64,000 nucleotides of DNA from Heteronotia binoei (taxonomy: Eukaryota), in the NCBI RefSeq assembly GCF_032191835.1, contig NC_083229.1, forward strand, positions 73,470,001 to 73,534,000. The letters are read 5' to 3'. The translations under genes and the position numbers were made by a program. The notes under the pieces are model-generated. The model saw only the letters and a program-made list of their open reading frames with translations. It did no database searches and was not told where the DNA came from. Positions 1 to 13,300 of the stretch are shown one piece after another. Positions within the stretch are counted from its first letter, which is position 1, and every line of letters starts with the position of its first letter.

Positions 1-3000
1 ATAAAAAAGATATAGAAAGTTCTTGATGTTGTGGCAGCTGTGTATCCTTGATGTTAATTCATTGGAATTATGACATGAAAACAGTGAGATTCCAGACAGT
101 AAGGACAGTTTATGCAGCTGGCTGCTTCTGACCAGACTGCCAAAATAAAAGAACTCTTAACATTCCTGTTCCTTTCTCTAAGGGAGCCAAGAGGTTTTGA
201 TGCTACTGAAGAAGGTACTGCCGCTAGGCATTGGGAAAAAGCAAAATTTCTTATTTTAAAAGTTGACTTTAATTACAAGAATGGTGTTGATGGGGAAATG
301 AACTGAAAGAAGTTGGAAAAGAGGAAAGTCCTGCTGTCTACTACAAAACTAAAGAGAAAACTGGCAGCTTCTGGTATTCTTAGAGTCACATATTATTTAT
401 TAGATAACAGTTTTATGCTCCCCATTCATAGAACTTGTTTTAGAGGTTCTGAGTGCCGCAAGAAAGGTTAATGACAAGGGAAGATGGAATGTGTTGGACA
501 ATTTAGTAGATGTCTTCTAAAATACAATATGGGAAGAAAATTGGATGGGCATAGGGCCATGGCTTAGTAACAATAGTTTTAAATTCCATTAGAAGCTCCT
601 TGGGCCTTTCCTTCAGGGAGATGGTAACTTGCCAGAGTCTTATTTATGTTGTGGAACTTTCACAGTGCTTTAGTACTTATAATTGTGCCCCTCATTCTCT
701 AAAACTATTTAAATGTTATATTTAACAGGAAAAAGTACCATTTAAGAGGAGTGATTAATTATTATTTTACAAATTGTATTAAATTATGCAAACCCAGGGC
801 ATGTTTTATATCTATGAAGGCTAAATTTTCGGCTGTCTTTCAAATTAGTTTATGCAGTCAATAATGTTGCACACATTGAGATAATGCAGTGGTTATAGAA
901 GAACATTGTGATGTCATACTGCTCATGTCCGTGACATCACTTTTTTCTGTTATTGTTTAAGTGTAACAGTTTGAAGATAGACAATGTTAAATTAAAGAGG
1001 GGAAAGTACTTCATACACATTTTTAAATAACTAGTTTAAGGAATATAAAAAGCCATTGGAAATATTCAGTATCAATCATCCATCCATTACATACCACTTT
1101 TTCTGAAGACTGCATTAATATTAGGCAACCATGATATTTGATGGTCTTTGTATGTTTCAGAACTTTTATTTTGCCTTTTCACTGTGATTTAAAGTGAATT
1201 ATTGGTAATGCAGTGTTAGTAGGGAATGCTGTACTAAGATTCATAGTGTTTTCAATAGTATAGTGTGGTGTTCTTCTGTGGAAGACTTCACAAACGCTCT
1301 ATGTGTATGTATCTTGAGGATTTAAGTTTAGGAGATGACACTTGAATTGACTACAGAGGTAGTTTGATGAGATAGTGACCATCACATCTTAGCGTCCCTC
1401 AGTGCTTAACATTGGAATATAATGCAGCGAACTGGAAGTAAGTTTGGGGTCTTAGCAGTAATATGTCTGGTAATTGTCCCTATGAAACTCAGAATGTTTT
1501 GGCTCCCAAAGCATTCTTTAACCAGAATTCTGGACAGCACCGGGGTCATAATAGGGGCTCATGTTGTGGTGGATTGCTGAGATTTTTGGTTCAGTGCAGA
1601 TACCTTCCAGCTTCACTGGGCCATATCATTTGAAGGATATGTAGTGGTGTTCTGACCACCGAATGTTTACAGGTGCTAGGGATGCTGATATTTCTCCTGT
1701 TGGAGGCTGTCTTCTTCCTGTAAGTGAAAAACAGAAACAGACATAAAGTGGTATTTTTCTACAGCCATTTGGCAACTATGTAGCCAAATCAGGAGGATTA
1801 TGTGCTTTAAACATTTTTTTCCCATTTATAATATGCCCAGATGTGTTAAATTCTCCCTGAGTCTTCTGTGAAGGGGGACTATATATGAAGTTAATAAATG
1901 AATGAGAACTTGTCTGCCCTTAATTTCATAATATATTTAGGAAAACAGTATTTATGGGTTTTTCTTCTGTTAATATAACTAAAAGAAAGATTGTCTGTCT
2001 TCTTGCATATATAAATGTTTCAGGGATATATTCAGAGTATCAGAAGAAATTAACCTGTGTTATGTTAAAACTTTCATACAATTTTCAGATAACAGTCATG
2101 AAAGATTTACAATTGGCTATTGAAGTTTGACAGTCATACAATTCATATGCTATGTTAGCTTATGTATAACACACACACATAAACATTATTATTAAAAGTT
2201 TTAATAATACATATACATTTATTATTAAAACTTATTTAGGGTTCTTATTTAGGAAGAACAAAGAAATAAACGTTTTTGAAATAATTATCCCTGACTGTTT
2301 TAATGGTAAATAAAATCAAGGGGTTCTTCTAAAAGATAAATAAATGGTATTTGGAATTGTGGATTTGGAGGGGAAAGAAACCATGGAAGTAAAGTGATAG
2401 ATAGAAATTAATACAGAGAATGATTTCCAGACATCATTAGTGGTTTCCAGGGAGCAATAATGGTATAGGTAAATTAGAACTACATGAAACATTTTATGGA
2501 AAGATGTTGATTAAGGGTACTTATGAACATTGCTCTTTTTAAAAGAGATCTGTTGCTGGGTAGTTTCTCTCCCTGAGAGGTAAACAGCAAAGTTGTATAG
2601 ACATCTGCTTGGTACTCCATAATGAAGAAACATGGAATTAACACACCTGCTCTTAAAGACTGATTAACATCCTGCTGCAGACTCCCATTTACTTTAATGG
2701 GGGCTGTATCAGGCCTTTAGCATCATTTGATAACTGTCTTCCTTATTTGCTTCAAATAACACTTTTGTTCCTAATGCACTACTTAAAACTATAGCACACA
2801 GATGCTTTGGGATTTGCCCTAGTTACAGACTTTAAACTCCCACTGGAGAAATTGTAAATATCTAAAAACGTGAGCTCTGGTTCCAAAGTAATTGTGTGGA
2901 AATGATAACTTTATGTGTGTCCCATAAAATAGCCTCAAACTGTGCTAATTTTCTTGACACCATTGCAAGTACATATACATGAAGCTGAGTTAAATTTCAT

Positions 3001-3069
3001 TCAGATATACAACTAAAATGTTGACATTTCAAGTACATTATAGAGATACCACCAATACACCCTCTAAGC

Positions 3070-3367
3070 CAAGGGTGGCCACACTTGCTTAATGTAAGAA
3101 CCACATAGAATAAATGTCAGATGTTTGAGAGCTGCAAGACATGAACATCAGATGGTTGAGGGAAGGAAAATAGATGGGGAGGGAAGAGAGGTGGAAAGAA
3201 AGCAACTTTAACTTTAAATGTATTCTTCAGGCCTAGCCTGAAGAAGTGATTTAAAGAGGGAAATGCCTTCTCCAAACTGGTCGACATTGTGGTAGGGGCT
3301 TCAAGAGCCACACAACATGTGTGGAAGAGCCACATGTGGCTCCAGAGCCACAGTTTGACCACGCCTG
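3070..3367. mobile_element. hAT-type MITE (nested)
   Basis: Ends CAAGGGTGGCCACAC and GTTTGACCACGCCTG. Imperfect 8-bp flanks CTCTAAGC/CTTTAATA. Confidence 0.65.
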
Positions 3368-3394
3368 CTTTAATAAGCTGCGGAGTCTTGTGAG

Positions 3395-3574
3395 CAGGGC
3401 TTTTTAAAAGCAGGAGCGCACAGGAATGCAGGAATTAGGTGTGGCCTAATATGCAAATGAGGTTCTGCAGGGCTTTTTCTACAAAAAACCCTGTGTGAAA
3501 CAATGGTGACATCAGGAGGTGTAACCTAATATGCAAATGAGTTCCTGCTGGCTTTTTCTACAAAAAAAGCCTTG
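3395..3574. mobile_element. Octamer-bearing hAT MITE (CAGGGCTTTTT end family)
   Basis: TIRs CAGGGCTTTTT and AAAAAAAGCCTTG. Perfect 8-bp TSD CTTGTGAG at 3387-3394 and 3575-3582. Confidence 0.85.
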
Positions 3575-6500
3575 CTTGTGAGCTAAAATTCTACTCTACT
3601 GGCATTAAAGTTGTGAGCTACTACATAAATTAGTTTGCTCTGGGGCCATTTTTCTTGTGCCAAGATAATAATGTGTGAGCCAGAGGCTAAAAACTTGTGA
3701 GCTAGCTCACAGAAACTCGGCTTAGAGGGAACACTGAATACCACATAAATTCAGCAATCTCAGGTAGAAGAGACTCTTTCATACTCACAAAATGTGCATA
3801 TGTGATCTCTGAAGTTATTTGAAAGCAAGAAATGTAGAAACCACAAACATGTTGCAAACATTTTTTTCCTAGTAAAAATAAATCGAAATACTAACAGCCA
3901 AGTTCTAAACATGTTTATTCAGAAAGAAGTTCCACTAACGTCTAGCAAATACTTGTTAGAAGTTGCAGCTTTAAATCCTATAAAGGGCCAGGGCTGCTGA
4001 GAGCCACCATGGGCATCTGGATAAAGATTCTATTTGCCCCCACTCCACTCTAAACCAGATATCATAACAAAACAAATCACTTGGTTGGCTGTTACCATGC
4101 ATCTGTAAAAATAAAAGAATCAGCATGTCTGTCTGTGTATTCACTTGTGGCAGGCATAACTCAACAGCAGATAAAACTAAGAATCTCAAAATTGGCCACC
4201 AGCTTCAGGATGATTGTGGAAGTTCCAGGGCCAAAAATGAAAGGAGTCAAAATATCCTGGTCCAGGTTGTCTTCACCTCACACCCCCATGGTATTTGCAG
4301 TAGAAGCTAAACTAAGTTCTAACTTCTGTTCCTCATTTGTTATGACTAAAGCAGATTCACATTCTATTTTCATGCATGTAAAGGATGGGGGTGAGGAAGC
4401 ATTATTTTACTAATTTGATAGACTATGAGGAAATATTAGCTCCCCCCTTCTGTTCATAATATTAGCAAAGGTTTGATGCTGTGCTATTGTTAAATGCTTT
4501 CTAAATTGCTAACTTGGATGGATGATAAGGAGACTGAAAAACAAGAGGAAGAATTAAAAGTGTGGGTTTGGAGTGATGGCAGATTGTGAAAGGAAGAGAG
4601 TGAAACAAAGAAGATAGAAAAAACTTAGCGAAATTAAGGAAAAGACAGTGAAAGGTTTTAAAAAATATTTTGCTACCAGACACTAACAGGGCTGCCCCTT
4701 TGCAAAATCTGACTATGCAGACAGTACTATGGAGCTGGGTGGAACGAAAGGAAGAAGAAATCCATAGACTGCTGGTGATAACAACTTTATTGGGAGGCTG
4801 CATCCTGGCAATGACTGTACTGTGTTCTGGCTGGTCTTGCCTTGCTCTATTGCAGCTTGCCAGATGGATTAAGCAGGATCCCAGAAAGCAAGTTTTTCCC
4901 TCAGCCTCCTTCAAGTAAAGGTTGCAGAAAGACAATCAGAACTCCTGCTTACTGTGCTCTGCCTTCCCTTCCCCCCTAGTGGATGCAATGCAGAACTGTG
5001 TTTGAATTTTAAAAAGTAAATGCATTCCACAAATGCAGCATCATGCTGGCTTCAGGGGCCCTTCGGCTGACCTGGGCCCCAGGAATTTTCCACCTCTAGT
5101 CTGCCCTCTTGGCAGTTCTATAAAATGCTGAAACCCTTTTAGCTCTGATCTAGTAAATGGTTTAATAATATACTTAATTCTTGAGTATGCAACTAACATT
5201 AATAACACCTCTTAATACTTTGGCTACAAGGAGAACTCTTACATTCAAATGCTGTAATGAACCAGAAATCATATTTTAGTGCTCCTCATTAGGACATGTT
5301 ATGTGCTACTTGTCAACTGCTGTATCAAGGAATGAATGCTATCTTATTAAGTTATTGTTAAAATAATGTAAGTAACATACGAAAATAATGATACAGCATC
5401 AGTTCTTATTTTTTTTCCTCAATTGACTATGTACAATCAGTTGTCAGCAACCTAGTGGGAGAAACTTTTCCCTGGATTATGACTGATGATTTGTTGTTGC
5501 CTGGGACTGAAGAAAGATAATTTTCTTCTTGCTTTCAATTACTCTTAACTTACTATGGTCCAGAATAACAATATCCATGAATCTGAGAATTGGTAACACA
5601 GATAGGTCCTTATTTTTCTTACTGTTGTAGAAAGAATACAGTACTTTTCTGTGGGAAATGATGTTCAGTTCCCCACCCAGCAAACGAGTAGGGAGGATGA
5701 AATGACTTTGGCTTTTCACCTGGCCTTGGTTTACAAAGAAAGACATAGCACAGAAGGACAAGGTAGGGCTCTTTCTCCTGCCTGTTTCTGTCTAACATGG
5801 GCATTCTTTTTCTTCTATTGTATAATTATAATTGGAGTGAATGAGCAAGAGAAATCAAGTGAAACTGGTATAGACAATAGGCTACATGTTTTGCTGAAAA
5901 GTCATAATGTTTTGTCTCTGAGATGTACCTAGAAATTTCTGCCCACTTTTATCAATAAGTTAAATTAAGTTGTCTAAAAATGTCCCATGCACAATGTGCT
6001 TCATCATAATTCTATTAGGGAGATAAATTTTTGCTTTTGGTCCAAAACATTTTAGCTGTGAAGTGTGTTGTGTGATGGGTATGCCTTTCAATCACAGATG
6101 AATGCGTAAATTACCAGTGGATAATTTAATTAGGTTTTGCCATGCTGCTATCCAACAAGTAGACTGTATTTATCTGAATGTAACTGAGAATCTAGTGCAG
6201 TTTAAACTCCATTGTACCGTGTGCAACGGGGTGCATTGCTTTTCCCTGCCCCTATCACCATATAGTAACGGAGGCCTATGATTAGATGCAATCTAATATT
6301 TCACAGGCTGAAGGATTTCCACCCACAGATTATTATTCCCCCCACCCCCGCAGGAGTTTGAAATGCTCCCCCAAAATCCTGTTCCTGAATAACAGGATTT
6401 CTGAAGGCCTTTGGAATTTCCACAGGTGGGAGGAAATGGGAAAATTATGTTCTGTAGGCAAAAATCTTGGCATCTGCAAAAAAATCTAGTCTGAATACTG

Positions 6501-7110
6501 CTGGAGATTACTGTTTATATAGTATAATTCTGCAGTAGTGAAATCTGGGTGGGATACACATCAAAACACATGATGCAAAGATCATGGAAAAAGAAAACTT
6601 TCTTTGAAAATGGTGGGCTATTCCAGAATCATGTGTGTGGGTCTCTGAAGGCTGAATATGCCCAGGCTTACTAGGCCTGGTCTTTCAGGGGAGACACACA
6701 TGAGCATGATGCCCCTTCCAAGGCCAAGGGTAGGGGGAGTTGCCTTCATTTCAACAAATTCAAGACATGGTTTCCATGCCATTGGGGCCACAACACTGCA
6801 TATAGACATACCAAGGTTTTAATTCACTTGCCACTGGAAACAGGCTGGTACCAAATTATTATTGTTGCTGTTGTTAATAACAACAGCAACAACAAGGGTG
6901 TACCTATAAAAAACTGATTGGGGAAAAGGAAGAGAGACTCCTTCCCCACTCACATTTGCTCCCCCCCCCCACGAGTAAGTAAGGAGATCCACAAGTTGAT
7001 GCACTTTCTGGCATCAACTTGTCCAAGTGCACTGCATTGCTGTCTTTCCCCAGTGGTAATGTGCATTTGGACAGGCATCCAAGTTCACATTTCATTGAAA
7101 GTAGTGTAGT

Positions 7111-7268
7111 TAGGGGTTGTTTTGTAGAAAAATAGGTGGTGGAGTTCATCCAGGTGGTGGAGTTATACAGCTTCACCAACTATTCAGTGGACAAGGTGGG
7201 AAGGAGTGAAACTCTGAGAAAGGTTCAGGAGCTACACTCCTGTGAGCTCCCGCTGAATCCGAGGCCTG
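7111..7268. mobile_element. Short hAT-type MITE
   Basis: 8-bp TSD AGTGTAGT at 7103-7110 and 7269-7276. Homologous to 28719-28877. Confidence 0.8.
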
Positions 7269-7864
7269 AGTGTAGTACAGATAGCATCTTTACTCATTAG
7301 CTCATTCTATTACTGGTTCCCAAGTCAGTAAATAATATATGCAGAGATTTTTTTACCTGGGTGTTTTGGGAACAGGATGGGGCTCATATGTGCACTTTCT
7401 CATCATCCAATTTTTTCCTTGTTTTGTGATCCTTTAAACTATGAAGAGGGATTCCACATCAGTTTGAAGGAACATTTGCAGAGGGACTAGGTTCACATAT
7501 CCAAGAACAGGCATCATGGAAGCCCAGTTCCCCCATCCCAGGTAGAAGGGAAATATGCAGTATCCCACTTGCTTCTCCCTTCAGCCAACCCCACCTGGCT
7601 GAAAGTTTACACCTACATGCATGGTACTGTTCTCTGATGCCAACATTCACTATTTGCATAAGAACTTTATGCATATGTACCCGTACTCCTAGTGGCTTTT
7701 GGAGTTTGGATCTCAGCTTTTCTTTACTTCTAAAAAGTAGCATTTTTCCTTTATACTTTGGTGTTCCAGCCAATGTCATATAAAATTACTTGTACATTTT
7801 ATTTTTCTGGATTAATTAATTTGCTGTGCCGCACAGAGGTGATGTCATAAGACAAAAGAGGTGC

Positions 7865-8400
7865 ACTCCTGAATCAGACCATCTTGTCCAGCAACTTATC
7901 TTACACAGTGACCAACTAGTTACCATGGAGGGCCAACAACTAGAGGGCAAGGCCTCCCCTAATGCTGCTTCCTAGTGCTGGCATGCAGACTTTATGGAAG
8001 TTCCGTTTAGTTATCATGACTAGTAGCTGTTGATGAATCTATTCTCCGTGAATCTGACTAATCCTCTTTTAAAACCATGAATTCTAGGGGGCATCACTAT
8101 ATCCACTGGCAGTGAATTCCATAATTTAATTACTTCTTGAACTTCCTTCTATCTGTCCTGAATCTACTGCCCGTTTGAGGCATATCCTTTTGATGTACTT
8201 GATTCACTTCCTTTTGTCCATTCTGAATCTACCGCCTATCAACTTAATTGGGGGCTCTCATAGTCTAATATTATTGGAGAGAGGTTAGGTGGGGTTTTAG
8301 GAACTTCTGTCATGCCTTGTTCCCCTGAGGTTTCTCTAACCCGAATAGTCCTGAACTCTTTAGCCTTTCCTTGTAGGAAAAGTGCTTCAGCTCCTTAAAC
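7865..8400 (+). mobile_element. CR1-derived fragments
   Basis: CTGAATCAGACC..TCCAGCA..CACAGTGACCAAC..GAGGGCCAACAAC block shared with 17085-17225, and GGCAGTGAATTCCA. Confidence 0.5.
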
Positions 8401-9000
8401 CAGGGGTATCAAACTCATTTTGTTATGATGGCCAAATCTGACATAAATGAGACCTTGTCAGGCAGGCTGGGCCATGTCGGGCAGGGCTTTGAGATTAGGT
8501 AGCAGAGATATAAACTTTTATAAAGGACACAGACAAACACAATTAAATATTTTTTAAAAAAAATACTTAAAACATGCTTAAAACTTTAGCACTTGGTCTT
8601 AAAGGTGCTTTCTTTGTATTTCTCCCATGGGATCCAAGGAACTGGGCAAAAGAAGCTCTGGATCTTTCCTTCCTTCCCCAGGGGACCAGGAGGGAGAGGA
8701 GCCTCAGCCAATAGAAGGAAGAGAGGCTTGGCTCAGTAGCTCTGCAATAGAGAGAGCCTGACAAAGAAAGTTCTGCCTCTCCTCCCTTCCTCCCCAAGGG
8801 AGGAGTCTCAGCCAGTGGAGAAAATAAAGGCTTTGCTCTGTAGCTCCAGCATGATTAAGCAAGCCTTGCAAAGCAAGCTGTAATGCAGAAGGGAGAAAAG
8901 AGAGGGAGAAGGAAGCAGATGACAGCCAGCCACTGGGCGGCCTGATAGGAGCCTTCCAGGGGCCTGGTTTGGCCCCTGGGCCACGTGTTTGACACCCCTG
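8401..9000. mobile_element. hAT MITE, 600 bp
   Basis: TIRs CAGGGGTATCAAAC and GTTTGACACCCCTG. 8-bp TSD CCTTAAAC at 8393-8400 and 9001-9008. Confidence 0.92.
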
Positions 9001-9024
9001 CCTTAAACTATCTTAGTCACCCGT

Positions 9025-9163
9025 NNNNNNNNNNNNNNNNNNNNNNNNNNNNNNNNNNNNNNNNNNNNNNNNNNNNNNNNNNNNNNNNNNNNNNNNNNNN
9101 NNNNNNNNNNNNNNNNNNNNNNNNNNNNNNNNNNNNNNNNNNNNNNNNNNNNNNNNNNNNNNN
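9025..9163. other. Assembly gap (139 N)
   Basis: N run. Confidence 1.
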
Positions 9164-9204
9164 GATATAGTGCATGTCCTGATAAAATCTTGATAAGATT
9201 AGCA

Positions 9205-9560
9205 TAAAACACTCTTGATAAGTCTGTCCTTGAAGAATGTTTGGAAGCTACAGCAGGTGCAAAATGTTGTGGCTGGAATGCTGGCTGGACTGGTTTGTAG
9301 AGACCATATTATTCCACTTGTGTTCAGCATACACTGGCTCCTATTTTTGTTTTATGTCCAATTCAGGATGCCGATTTTAACCTTTAAATCCGTGTATAGC
9401 TTGTAACCAGTATACCTTAAGGACTGCATACTTCCATAAAACCTACCCAACCAGCATGGTAATAGTTGGAGGCCCAGTTTCAAGTGCCCCACCTCCGTCA
9501 CTGTCTTCTGCCAGTGGGTGAAAAAATTTCTGTTTTATTTGGCATTCCCTTAGAGAACCT
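9205..9560 (+). mobile_element. Degenerate L2-type 3' fragment
   Basis: Reads WKLQQVQN...DHIIPL..SIHWL...FK. Confidence 0.65.
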
Positions 9561-9939
9561 TCTTCCTGTTTGTTTGGGTTTGCTGAATTGTTTTTATTGT
9601 GTTCCATATATGTACTTTATTTCTTTATTGTTTTCGCTGTTTACTGCCTTGAGGACCCTGAATTGGGTAGGAAGGTAGCATAAAATATTTTAAATAAAAA
9701 AATAAATCTTACACAGTATTCCAAAGGAAGCCTCACCATAGATCCGTACAGGGTATTACAGTATAGGCTATTTTATTCTCAGTTCCTTTCTTAATAAGCA
9801 AGCCCTGGTATGGACTTGTCTTTTTTATAGCTTCTAGCTTCTGCGCAATGTATGTCACAATAAATTGTATGTTTGTATGGGCTTGATGCTAAAGGCAGAG
9901 CCAAGTCATCATAAGCTTAGTGACCTAACCCTGAATTCT

Positions 9940-10165
9940 AGTAGTGCAGGATAGTAGTTAGAATGTTGGCTAGGATCTGGGTGACCCAAGTTCAAATCCC
10001 CAGTCTGCTATGAAAGCTTTTTGGGTGACCTTCAGTCAATAAAATTTTTTGTGCTAGCTTATTTCACAGTGCTGTTGTGAAGATACAATGGAGGAATGTG
10101 AAACAATGTTAGAAGCTGCTTTGGGCCCCCATTACAGAGAACAGTGGGCTATAAACAACTGAATA
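9940..10165 (+). mobile_element. Older Squam3-type SINE
   Basis: Degenerate head, CCAAGTTCAAATCCCC box, and a body similar to 12416. Confidence 0.6.
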
Positions 10166-12415
10166 TACTACAAGCAGAAAAAAAAAGTATTTTGTATCCC
10201 ACTAGTGTCCACTGAAATAATCTGTGTAATGTGTGATCTGCAGTGTTTTCAGTTCTTAAATTACAACTATTTATGACTACCTACTAACATCCTTCTTCTA
10301 GAGGAACTCAGGGCAACGTACATGGAGTCATCACATTTTATCTCCACGAAAGATAAGATGGGTTAAGCTGAGACAATCACTCAGAAGTCTCCAAAAGCTT
10401 AATAGCTGAGCAGGAATTTAAGTACTTATTTGCAGGTCAGCATGTTTTATCAGCCAATTAGTGTGCATTTTTGTTTAGCAAATGTCTGAAGTACAAATGA
10501 GAAATGCAATATAAGTCAGTTTAAATGGCTCTTTTCTCTTGGGCAGCTGTGATATAAATCAGTTTAAATTGTTCTTTTCTCTGTGCAGTTGGGCTGCTTA
10601 AATACTGTTGACTTCAGTGGTGTTTAAGCGTCCTTACTGGATGAAAGACTGATTGATGGTGATTTATATCAAGCCACCATACTGGATGATACCACTCACA
10701 ATTATCAAGTATGTGGTGCTTGGCAATATCCTATTGCAGGTTCAATCACTGAAGAGATGCACCACCTGTCTGAAGGTGTTGGTGTGCTGGCAAACAAAAT
10801 GGGAAGGGAGTGAGGATTGTACCTGGCCACACTCTCTTGGAGCAAGCCAAGCCCCAGCAGTGTTGCCTGCATCTAAGAGATTTGCCTTGAACTTACTTTG
10901 TGACTATGCAGGATTGGGAGATGATGATGGGCATAAGAGGTTCATGTTGCCTTCTTTGCACTGCTGGTCCTGGCAGCGCCACCCATGTCCCAGTTGCTTG
11001 GCAGTGAGTCCACTGCTAAATAAAATGGTCTGATGTGCTGCTCTTGGCACACATGCTGGGGCTTGTCTATCCCTGTCCTGTTGAGTTCATTTGGACTTAC
11101 TTTCAAGTAACTGAGCATAGAATTGCAGCCAAAGTTAAATGATTGTTCCTTAGCCAGCATATCCTCATGTTTTATGTAAACTTCAAAATCAGAAGCCCCC
11201 TTCCACCTCAAGGTTGACCCCCCAACATTCAATGCCTTTTTGCACCACTCTTTTGCAGTCTTCTGCAGAAATTTGCCACAGGTGAAATGGAAATAATGAT
11301 GGCATAATCATCTCAAAATAGTGTAGTAGTTTGATGTGGCAACATTCATGCAGTGTGTGATATTGTCTTATAAGTAATCAAATATTCTAAGAAATATAGG
11401 GGGATTTTACCCCCTCAAAATGGTGAGGTGTTATCAGCTGCTCAGTAGTTAGTCCCCCCCCCCCATCATTGTATTTTTTTAAAATCCAGGAGTTACTCTG
11501 AAGACCATGAAGTGGAAGACCACCTGTAAGGTATTTCTTGGCATTGTTGTTTGTAGCTAGTTGTTACTCCTGGAACATTTTCAGGAATATCATGGCTTCT
11601 AGAATTCCTAGTAGCATATATTTCTCACTGTGTCACTGGAAGAGAGAGAACTGATTTAGCTCAAATAAACTCTGCCAAGTTGAAAGGAAGCTGGTCAGGG
11701 AGTGACTGAGGAAAGTAATGGCTAAACAGCAGACAAAAATGTAAAATCTCTGCCTTGTAAGGACCCCTGCAGGAGAAAAGATAGCCAACCTTAACATATA
11801 TTAACAAATCCTATATTCTAATAGAGAAGTTGGGGACCCTTTGGATACTTAAATTTAGTGACTGAAGCTGTGAATTGGCAAGACAGAAAAGGTTTGCAGA
11901 AAAATGTGAAATCTAAAAAAAACCCCACACTGGGCAGCTTTAAAAATCCAAAGATAAAAGGAGCACCTGTAGCTTTAAACAATAAGTTTTCTCAGTGGCT
12001 GTTGCTAGGCAACCACAGTATTCCAGGCTTCAGTTTCTGTGAGTAAAAAGCCAGAGGGAGGGGGCAAGGCCCTTTCCAGCCCTATTTTGGTTTTTGAGGG
12101 AGGACTCATAAGGGCCAGGCCTGACTATGATAGAAAATTCCTGGAGATTTTGGGGTAGAGTCTGACAGCAGGGTTTGGGAAGGGGAGAGGCTTCAACCAA
12201 ATTTAATACCATAGAGTCCACCGTCCCAAGCATTCCTTTTGTCCAGGGGGACAGATCTGTGTTGTGTGGACTTCAGTTGTGATTGTGGGATATTTCCAAC
12301 CTGGAGGCTGACAATACTAGGCCTGGAAGCAACTTCTGGATGACTTGATCCCACCCAATTTACATGACTAAACTAGGCCTTGCTGTTTGTTATGGTTCAG
12401 CTGTAGCCACCCTAT

Positions 12416-12655
12416 GAAAGCCAGTGTGGTGTGGGGGTTAGAGCTTCAGAGTATAGCATGTGAGACCCAAGTTCCAATCCCCATCTTGCTGTGGAAGCTC
12501 ACTGGGTGATTATGTACCAGTCACAAACTTTCAGCCTAATCTATCTCTCAAGGTTGTTGTGAGGATAAAAAGGAGGAGAGGATAATAATGTAAACTGCTT
12601 TAGTCTCTGCAGTGGAAAAAGGTGGGGTAAAAATGAAGTAAATGAATAATAAATA
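12416..12655 (+). mobile_element. Older Squam3-type SINE
   Basis: GAAAGCCAGTGTGGTGTGG head, CCAAGTTCCAATCCCC box and a TAAA-type tail. Confidence 0.7.
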
Positions 12656-13300
12656 TAGCTGAACATGGGAGGCAGATAAAAGGTAGATTGGTGAATGGCT
12701 GAGAAGACAGCAGGGAGAGGACATGGGGATTGCCAATAGGAGGGAAAATGGAATTGTGTGCGAAGAAGGAAATTGAGGTACTATCCCACAAGTCCTTGAG
12801 GGTTGCCTACCATGCCAGTGGCCAGCATCATACAACTGGACCACTGTTTTCCTAGGAAGAGGCTGCCAGGGGTGGGGTGAAATGGGAACATTAAAACAGA
12901 GGGACCAATAAAGGTTGGGTGGGAAGGAGATAGGTTTGCCAACTCCAAGTTAGGAAATACCTAGATTTTGGGGGGGGGGGGTGGACATGGACCCTGGAGA
13001 AGGTGGGGTTTGAGGAAGTGAGGAACCTCAGAGAAATATAATGTCATAGAATCTACCCTCCAAAGCAACCATTTTCCTTAAGGGGAATTAGGGCTACCAA
13101 CCTCCTCCAGCTAGGGGCTGGAGCTCACCCAGAATTACAGCTGCTCTCTGGATGACAGAGATCATTTCCCCTGGAGCAAATTGCTGCCTTGGAGGGGTTG
13201 GACTTTATGGCATTATATCCTGCTGACTTTTCATTCCTTTTCAAACCTCGCCTTCTGGAGCTGAGAACTGATCTCTATAGTTGGGAAATCGGTTGTGATT

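Larger units (their letters stand above)
3053..3736. mobile_element. MITE of the CAGTGTTCCCTCTAAG end family containing two nested MITEs
   Basis: Right end CTTAGAGGGAACACTG (3721-3736) and degenerate left end CAATACACCCTCTAAG. It is interrupted at 3070-3367 and 3395-3574. Confidence 0.65.

Noticed and set aside
4501-4935. 144-aa and 82-aa ORFs
   Set aside because: No recognisable domain, splice context or homology, and several begin at non-ATG codons. The same applies to most 60-130 aa ORFs in the track.
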